Source: an uncultured virus (IMG/VR IMGVR_UViG_3300042905_004424)
Lineage: Duplodnaviria; Heunggongvirae; Uroviricota; Caudoviricetes
IMG/VR virus record: IMGVR_UViG_3300042905_004424
Length of the DNA stretch: 64,000 nucleotides
Direction: 5' to 3' (one strand)
In this document: in pieces, positions 57,473 through 64,000 of the stretch
Position numbering within the stretch: position 1 is the stretch's first letter
How the letters are laid out: the number at the start of each line of letters is the position of its first letter
Translations under genes and position numbers: made by a program
The notes under the pieces: model-generated
Told to the model about the DNA's origin: nothing
What the model saw: the letters and a program-made list of their open reading frames with translations, nothing else
Database searches by the model: none

Positions 57473-58406
57473 AAGAATAATAGTAAACGTCGCATCTTAT
57501 AAAAGAACAGAATCTTTAATTAGGACTTTAGAATCAATAATCGATCAGTGTGACGAAATTAACGTTGCGCTCAATGATCATTATATGGAGGAAATTCCTG
57601 ATTTTTTTTACCACAAAAAAATAAATCTTTTTTTTACTGACAATTCTATAGGTGATGCATTCAAGTATTTAAACTTAGTAAAAGTCGACGGGTATTACTT
57701 TTCAATAGATGACGATCTTATTTATCCGCCAACTTATGTTTCTGACACAATTAAAAGATGTAAAGAATTTAACAATAAAAAAGTTGTAACTTATCACGGA
57801 AGAAATTTCCCATCATTTCCAATATCTAGTTATTATAGATCCGCAAGTGAAAGGTATTCATGTTTAAGCAAAGTTAAAAACGACGTTAAAGTTCAATTTG
57901 GTGGAACTGGAGTAATGTGTTTCCATACCTCACTTATGAAAATACCTATTGACTATTTTAAAAATCCAAACATGGCGGATGTTTGGATTGGAAAATACTG
58001 TATAGAAAATAATATAGAAATTATTTGTTTAAAACATGATGAAGGATATATGAAATATATTCCACAAAAAACAACAATTTATAATGAAGCTTCAAAATCG
58101 GATAAAATTCAAACGGGATTAGTTAATGGATTATTTACTCCAAAATTTGTAGAAACAAAAATTGTAGAAACAAAAATTGTAGAAACAAAAATTGAGGATC
58201 AAGAATTTGTAAAAAAAAATACACTTAAAACACTTGAGTTAACTCAAAAACAAATAAATTACGATAAAATAAATTCTATTTTTCAAAAAAGTAACCCAAA
58301 AACAATTACACAAGCAAAAAACAATCAAGAGGTGGTTAATATAAAATTAAACTCATCAACAATATCAAAACTTATGGGTAAAGGTAATAAAAAGTTTAAA
58401 AAATAG
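57465..58406 (+). CDS. glycosyltransferase (GT-A fold)
   Basis: VASYKR, GDAFK, SIDDDLIYP, GTGV, NMADVW; VETKI x3 repeat in tail. Confidence 0.8.
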   Translation: MSERIIVNVASYKRTESLIRTLESIIDQCDEINVALNDHYMEEIPDFFYHKKINLFFTDNSIGDAFKYLNLVKVDGYYFSIDDDLIYPPTYVSDTIKRCKEFNNKKVVTYHGRNFPSFPISSYYRSASERYSCLSKVKNDVKVQFGGTGVMCFHTSLMKIPIDYFKNPNMADVWIGKYCIENNIEIICLKHDEGYMKYIPQKTTIYNEASKSDKIQTGLVNGLFTPKFVETKIVETKIVETKIEDQEFVKKNTLKTLELTQKQINYDKINSIFQKSNPKTITQAKNNQEVVNIKLNSSTISKLMGKGNKKFKK

Positions 58407-58450
58407 TTTTTATTTTGTTTTTGTAATATTTATTAATAAAAAACATTATT

Positions 58451-61249
58451 ATGCCAATTAAACTAACAATATCACAACAACCTAACGGAGTTTTATTCTC
58501 AGGATCAGGAACACTTAATACAACCTCACTTCAAAATTTACCATCATGGGGATTAAACATGGGAACTGGAATTTTTTTTAGAGGCCCAAGTAAAATTGTT
58601 GGTGGAGCCGTTGGTAATATAAAGTTACATTCAAACTTACTACAAAATTTAGTGCCAATAAGTACATTATCAAGTAGTATATATGGTACTAGTGGTGTTA
58701 TTAATTTAACGGGGGGGGCTATGAATTATTTTTTCTCAATAGGTAACCCTTGGAATGATAGTAATTCTTTTCCAAACGCCCTATCTTATTCTGATAATTA
58801 CATTTCAAATCAACCTTTTAATTTTTCATATCTTATACCTAATCAAACTTATACAAGTTTAGGTATAGTTCCACAAAATAATACTTATAGTTGGACAAAT
58901 CCGCAGTTAGGTGTTTCTGACAACGTACAGGTTGTGGTATTACAACCACAAAACGCGAATGTTATAATTACTATACAACAAGTTTTAAATACTGTTAACG
59001 TAAGTGTTGTTGGAACAATAAACCCTAACGGATTAGTACCTAATGGTGTTTTTACTTATAATCCTGGTGGTTATTTAAAAGGTTCAAACCCAAATAAAAG
59101 GGTTTTTATGTTTCCTGATAACGCTCAGATGCAAACATGGCAGATAACATCATACCCTACACAACCCTTTTCACTCAATCAAGGCATTGTTGCTGCCAAT
59201 ATTCAGCCATCACAACCACCATACTTTCTTATTGATAATTCTAGTTTTGGAATTAGTTCAAATGCGACAAGCGGTTACATAAATACATCAATGGTTTATA
59301 ATGATCCTGGAGCAACGATTCAAACCTTAGGTTTCATTACAGGAACTTACATATGGATGGCGCCCAACAACGTATTCCAAATGAATGTTTTACCGCCACC
59401 ATCACCTACACCAACTGTAACACCAACTAAGACTACAACACCAACAGTTACACCAACAAAAACAGTTACACCAACTGTTACTAAAACACCAACTGTAACA
59501 CCAACAAATACCGCAACACCAACAAATACCGCAACACCAACTGTAACTCCAACAATTACGCCAACAAATACTGCAACACCAACTGTCACACCGACACTTA
59601 CTCTTACGCCAACAGTTACAAATACAGTTACACCGACAATAACCGCAACTCAAACTGAAACACCAACACCAACTGTTACACCTACCAATACTTTAACACC
59701 AACAGTTACGGCTACAAATACGCCGACATTAACTAAAACACCATCACCTACACCAACAACAACACCAACTAACACTCCAAGTAACACACCAAACATATCA
59801 TCAAACTGTTGTTCAAATCCTGAAAATCTTCCACAAGTTAATCAAACAGTTGTTAGAAACTTCACAAACGTAACTGCTACAGGTTCTGGAAACATTGGAG
59901 TAGGTCCTAATGCTATTAATACGTATTACCAACAATATATAGGATCATTTACAATGTTGAGTGATATTATTTTAGGAACAAATGGTGGGTTTACTTATAC
60001 TTTAACTTTTTCAAATCAGATTCAAGGGATAAGATTTTTAATGTATGGAATGAATGTTAGTCCGGTATGTTCATTTACATTCACAACAGACAGTGGACCT
60101 ATAACTATTACCACATGTCAAAGCGGATGTTTAAGTGTTTCTGGAAATGTTATTTCGACAAGTACGCCATGTAATCTTCTTGCAGGGGCTGGTTATTTTG
60201 AAATAATACCTACCTCTCCTTTCACAATATTAACTATAACAGGACCAGGTGATTCGGGGGGTACGGGTCTTCAACTATGTTATTTAGATGCAATAATTCC
60301 TTCACCAACACCGACACCAACAAATACCTTAACACCAACACCAACTGTTACCGTAAGTGTTACACCAAGTATTGCTGCGTCACCAACAGCGACACCTACA
60401 AACACGGCAACACCAACAGTTACACCAACAGTTACACCAACGATTACTGAAACCCCAACACCTACGGTTACTCCAACAATTACGGAAACACCGACCGAAA
60501 CGCCAACAAATACACCAACATTAACACCAACAAATACGCCAACTGTTACTGTAACGCCAACTGTTACGGCAACTAACACGCAAACACCAACTGTAACACC
60601 GACTGAAACACCAACAAATACACCAACAGTAACGTCAACAGTAACACCAACTGTCACACCTACTGCAACTCCAACATTAACACCACAGTCAACAGTTACT
60701 CCAACTTTAACTTCAACACCAACTCTTACACCTACGGTAACTACAACGCCATCAGTAACGCCTACATTAACGGCAACACCAACAGCGACTGTAACACCGA
60801 CTATTTCAATTACACCGACGTTGACACCAACACCAACAACTTCACCAGCACCATCAAATGTGACAATATTACTCAACACATTAATTGTTGATGGTTCAAT
60901 TAACATGTTAGTTACAATTAATTATAACAATACAATTCCATTTGCAACTATTGTAAGTTTCAACCTGAACTTGGTTTATACTAATGGAACAACGTATACA
61001 GTTCCGTTTACAATCAACATGCCGGCAAATACACCACAAGGATTTGGATCGTTTAATATTCCAGGAAATGCGGCACAAATATCACAAGGACTTACAAATA
61101 TTAGTAATGTTGTGATTACCAATTATTCAGGAACCGTTATTCCAAATATTAATATTACGGTAAATCCTACGCCAACACCAACACCTACAGCGACATTAAC
61201 ACCATTCCCAACAGTAACACCTTCACCGGCTAACTGTTGTATAATTTAA
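58451..61249 (+). CDS. large Pro/Thr-rich mucin-like, probably virion surface protein
   Basis: Beta-rich domains separated by long TPT(V/N/P)TPT linkers; TATTTAT at 58427; ends TPSPANCC. Confidence 0.8.
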   Translation: MPIKLTISQQPNGVLFSGSGTLNTTSLQNLPSWGLNMGTGIFFRGPSKIVGGAVGNIKLHSNLLQNLVPISTLSSSIYGTSGVINLTGGAMNYFFSIGNPWNDSNSFPNALSYSDNYISNQPFNFSYLIPNQTYTSLGIVPQNNTYSWTNPQLGVSDNVQVVVLQPQNANVIITIQQVLNTVNVSVVGTINPNGLVPNGVFTYNPGGYLKGSNPNKRVFMFPDNAQMQTWQITSYPTQPFSLNQGIVAANIQPSQPPYFLIDNSSFGISSNATSGYINTSMVYNDPGATIQTLGFITGTYIWMAPNNVFQMNVLPPPSPTPTVTPTKTTTPTVTPTKTVTPTVTKTPTVTPTNTATPTNTATPTVTPTITPTNTATPTVTPTLTLTPTVTNTVTPTITATQTETPTPTVTPTNTLTPTVTATNTPTLTKTPSPTPTTTPTNTPSNTPNISSNCCSNPENLPQVNQTVVRNFTNVTATGSGNIGVGPNAINTYYQQYIGSFTMLSDIILGTNGGFTYTLTFSNQIQGIRFLMYGMNVSPVCSFTFTTDSGPITITTCQSGCLSVSGNVISTSTPCNLLAGAGYFEIIPTSPFTILTITGPGDSGGTGLQLCYLDAIIPSPTPTPTNTLTPTPTVTVSVTPSIAASPTATPTNTATPTVTPTVTPTITETPTPTVTPTITETPTETPTNTPTLTPTNTPTVTVTPTVTATNTQTPTVTPTETPTNTPTVTSTVTPTVTPTATPTLTPQSTVTPTLTSTPTLTPTVTTTPSVTPTLTATPTATVTPTISITPTLTPTPTTSPAPSNVTILLNTLIVDGSINMLVTINYNNTIPFATIVSFNLNLVYTNGTTYTVPFTINMPANTPQGFGSFNIPGNAAQISQGLTNISNVVITNYSGTVIPNINITVNPTPTPTPTATLTPFPTVTPSPANCCII

Positions 61250-61268
61250 TTTAAAAGATAAAAAAAAT

Positions 61269-61300
61269 GATGGCCCGATAAAACAATTTGTCGGGTCATT
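61269..61300 (+). terminator. hairpin, probable terminator
   Basis: GATGGCCCGATAAA...TTTGTCGGGTCATT inverted repeat immediately before TATTTAT at 61302. Confidence 0.55.
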
Positions 61301-61323
61301 GTATTTATATATAAAAATAGATT

Positions 61324-63483
61324 ATGCCAATTACAATCAATATTTACCAACAACCTAACGGACTTCAATTCCAAGGATCAGGAACGCTAAACTTAGACTC
61401 ATTTATTGGGAAAACACAAGGAAATGCGGCTAACGTAAATCAAGGTCTTAGATTCAGATCTAATGCTTTAAATAATTTAGCTTTAAATAGATTATCATGG
61501 ATAGGTCTTAATAATCCTAACACTAATTATAGGTTTTACCCTAATTTATTTACGACAATACCAAATTTTGGAACCTCCTCAACAGATTATACTACCGCTA
61601 TAAATACATTTGCAACAGGAGGTCAGTTTTTTATGGTGGGACAAGATGCGACTATAGGGCAATTAACCGTTCCACAGTCTTATGTTTCAGGTTTAAATTT
61701 TAGTTGGGGTTTTTTATTACCAAGTTTAACCTATGCTGGTTTAGGAATGTCTCCACAAACAATTACACGAAGTTGGACTGGATCTACTGGTGTGGTTGAG
61801 ACTCTAACAATTATCGTCAACCCATTACCAACGTCAAATGTTAATATAAACGTTATTGAAACTAATGGAAATGTTTATGTTGAAGTTGTTGGAAATATAG
61901 GGACTGGATATGTAACGGCATGTGGACTTGGATTTGGACCTGGAAATTCAATATTCTCATCACAAAGATGGGTACAATTTGGGTCTAGTAGTGTTGGTTT
62001 TTGTAAAGTGCAAATAAATTCTTTCCCACCAAGTTTTGGGAATACCTCAAGAACCGCTAATATTGGATCTCAGTTCACTCCTTTTAGAGTTGACAATCAA
62101 GGGGCTTACTTTGATCAAAATGCTTTAACTGATGATATTAATACAAGTATAACTTTTACTGGAACAACAATTGCCGGTATGGGTTTAAATACTGGAGTAT
62201 ATAATTGGTATGGACCCGATAATAATATCCAAATGAATATTATTGGACCAACACCAACACCAACGGTTACGGCAACCAACACGCAAACACCAACCGTAAC
62301 ACCAACAAATACCGTTACACCCACAATTACGCCAACAGTAACGCCAACAGTTACGGAGACACCAACACCAACACCTACACCTACAGTTACGCCAACAGTT
62401 ACAACTACGGTTACTATTACACCAACTGAGACACCAACTAATACGCCAACACTTACGCCAACACTTACAGAAACACCTACCCCAACAGTTACGGCAACTG
62501 TAACAGAAACTCCTACACCAACCGCAACAGAAACACCTACAGCAACACCTACAGCAACTGTAACACAATCTGTCACACCTACTATTACACCAACAACTAC
62601 GGTTACTATTACGCCAACTGAGACACCAACTAATACACCAACACTTACACCAACAATAAGTATTACACCTAGTTTTGCGTCTTCACCAACACCTACACCT
62701 ACAATTACGGAAACACCTACTGTTACTCCTACTGTTACTCCTACGGTTACTGAAACACCTACAAATACTCCGACAGTAACTCCAACAAATACAACAACAC
62801 CAACACAAACAGTTACGGAAACACCAACTCAAACACCAACAGGAACTCCATCGGTTACACCAACAGTTACGGAGACACCAACTCAAACACCAACAGGAAC
62901 TCCATCGGTTACACCAACTATTACACCAACACTTACAGAAACACCATCGGTTACACCTACTAATACGATTACGCCTACGGCAACACAAACACTTACACCT
63001 ACTGTTACTCAAACACAAACTCAAACTCCTACACCGACAGCAACTGTTACCCCATCTAAATCTCCAGCACCTGCCACTTTAAATGCAAATTTTAATGTAA
63101 ATGTGGTTGATGGATCAATATCAGTAATAACAACTGTTTCTTACAATTTAGGAATTCCAGTTCCAACTATAGTTTACTTCACAGTAAATATTATTTTAAC
63201 AAATGGTGTAATATTTACAGTCCCTGAAAGTATTACGATCCCTGCATCCACATTACAAGGATCTGTAACTACTACACTTCCAGGAAATGCGGCACAAGTA
63301 TCTAACTTAAGTTATGTGAATAATATAACAATTACAAACTATGCTGGAGTTGTTATACCAAATATTATAATTAGCATCAACCCAACACCAACACCTACGC
63401 CAACAGCAACATTAACACCACTACCAACTATAACACCTTCACCGGCTAATTGTTGTCCAATACTTGCAATACCAGGATCTTAA
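61324..63483 (+). CDS. Pro/Thr-rich mucin-like protein, paralog of 58451..61249
   Basis: Shared N-terminus MPI...QQPNG..F.GSGTLN and shared C-terminal domain (VDGSI...PGNAAQ.S...TPSPANCC). Confidence 0.8.
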   Translation: MPITINIYQQPNGLQFQGSGTLNLDSFIGKTQGNAANVNQGLRFRSNALNNLALNRLSWIGLNNPNTNYRFYPNLFTTIPNFGTSSTDYTTAINTFATGGQFFMVGQDATIGQLTVPQSYVSGLNFSWGFLLPSLTYAGLGMSPQTITRSWTGSTGVVETLTIIVNPLPTSNVNINVIETNGNVYVEVVGNIGTGYVTACGLGFGPGNSIFSSQRWVQFGSSSVGFCKVQINSFPPSFGNTSRTANIGSQFTPFRVDNQGAYFDQNALTDDINTSITFTGTTIAGMGLNTGVYNWYGPDNNIQMNIIGPTPTPTVTATNTQTPTVTPTNTVTPTITPTVTPTVTETPTPTPTPTVTPTVTTTVTITPTETPTNTPTLTPTLTETPTPTVTATVTETPTPTATETPTATPTATVTQSVTPTITPTTTVTITPTETPTNTPTLTPTISITPSFASSPTPTPTITETPTVTPTVTPTVTETPTNTPTVTPTNTTTPTQTVTETPTQTPTGTPSVTPTVTETPTQTPTGTPSVTPTITPTLTETPSVTPTNTITPTATQTLTPTVTQTQTQTPTPTATVTPSKSPAPATLNANFNVNVVDGSISVITTVSYNLGIPVPTIVYFTVNIILTNGVIFTVPESITIPASTLQGSVTTTLPGNAAQVSNLSYVNNITITNYAGVVIPNIIISINPTPTPTPTATLTPLPTITPSPANCCPILAIPGS

Positions 63484-63554
63484 TTGGTGTCGGTGTTTAC
63501 TATGTTTAATGTTGTAATAACTTTTTGTTAAAATAAAATACAAAAAAAGTTGAA

Positions 63555-64000
63555 TTGAGTCTTAGTATAATCATACCTACTTTCAAAAACGTAGAGTTTC
63601 TTCCTGAGTTATTTGACTCAATAGATAAATGTAATTTCACTGGTGAATACGAAGTTTTAATTGGAATTGATTCTTGTGAAGATACCTTAAAATATGTTTA
63701 TGAAAATCAATTTCCAACAAACTTTAAGTTCTTCTTTTTTTTAGAAAACAAAGGTCCTTATTTAATTAAAAATACTTTATCTGATTTATCTTCTTTTGAT
63801 AAACTATTTTTCTTTGACTCAGATGATGTTATGATGCCTGATTTAATAAGTGAAATTGATTCAAAGTTAAACACGTATTTGGTTGTTAAACCAAAATACA
63901 TGGACTTTAAAGATCAAAACGGTATTAGAGAATATGTTGGAAAAAAACCAACTTTTGGTGAAGGTGTGTTTGGTATTATAAAAGAATTGTTTATTGAAAT
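63555..64000 (+). CDS. glycosyltransferase family 2, 3'-truncated by window edge
   Basis: Hand translation (TTG)SLSIIIPTFKN...EVLIGIDSC...NKGPY.IKN...FFDSDD; open to window end. Confidence 0.8.
   Translation, partial: MSLSIIIPTFKNVEFLPELFDSIDKCNFTGEYEVLIGIDSCEDTLKYVYENQFPTNFKFFFFLENKGPYLIKNTLSDLSSFDKLFFFDSDDVMMPDLISEIDSKLNTYLVVKPKYMDFKDQNGIREYVGKKPTFGEGVFGIIKELFIE

Noticed and set aside
58147..58195. 15-nt tandem repeat (VETKI x3)
   Set aside because: Simple in-frame slippage repeat in a low-complexity tail, with no spacers.
59347..63024. Minus-strand Val/Gly- and Cys-rich ORFs
   Set aside because: Antisense shadows of the ACx-CCx Pro/Thr repeats.
1..64000. Alternative genetic code (stop-codon recoding)
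   Set aside because: Known enzymes are full length under the standard code, and TAA, TAG and TGA all terminate genes at sensible positions.
1..64000. Bacterial chromosome or eukaryotic giant virus origin
   Set aside because: No housekeeping operons; endolysin/holin-like genes, intrinsic terminators, overlapping operons and Bacteroidota-type promoters favour a phage, though hallmark virion genes lie outside the window.

Overview
This AT-rich, densely coding 64-kb segment is most consistent with a large (jumbo-type) tailed phage infecting Bacteroidota; this is an inference, and no capsid, terminase, polymerase, tRNA, rRNA or cas gene is visible. Recognisable genes: DnaJ, two orphan DNA methyltransferases, DUF932, thioredoxin and glutaredoxin, glutamine synthetase, NUDIX, ThyA, a dispersed RNA-repair set, a lysis region (GH19 endolysin, holin-like genes), and a glycosyltransferase cluster around two Pro/Thr-rich mucin-like proteins. 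Two upstream motifs split the genes into classes: the Bacteroidota-type TAnnTTTG (seven copies exactly 4 nt before an ATG) and TATTTAT. Many TATTTAT-class proteins share N-terminal leaders (MKIIITExQ-like) fused to unrelated bodies. The most striking observation is that two apparently related genes (30097..30783 and 36165..36611) end in CRISPR-like arrays of 36-nt repeats and ~30-nt unique spacers that are translated as part of the protein; one repeat (GTTG...CACAAC) resembles type VI-B direct repeats. Other candidates are a promoter-driven structured ncRNA locus (35920..36141) and an ArfA-like 40-aa peptide missed by the ORF track. All family assignments come from motifs read by eye, not from database searches.
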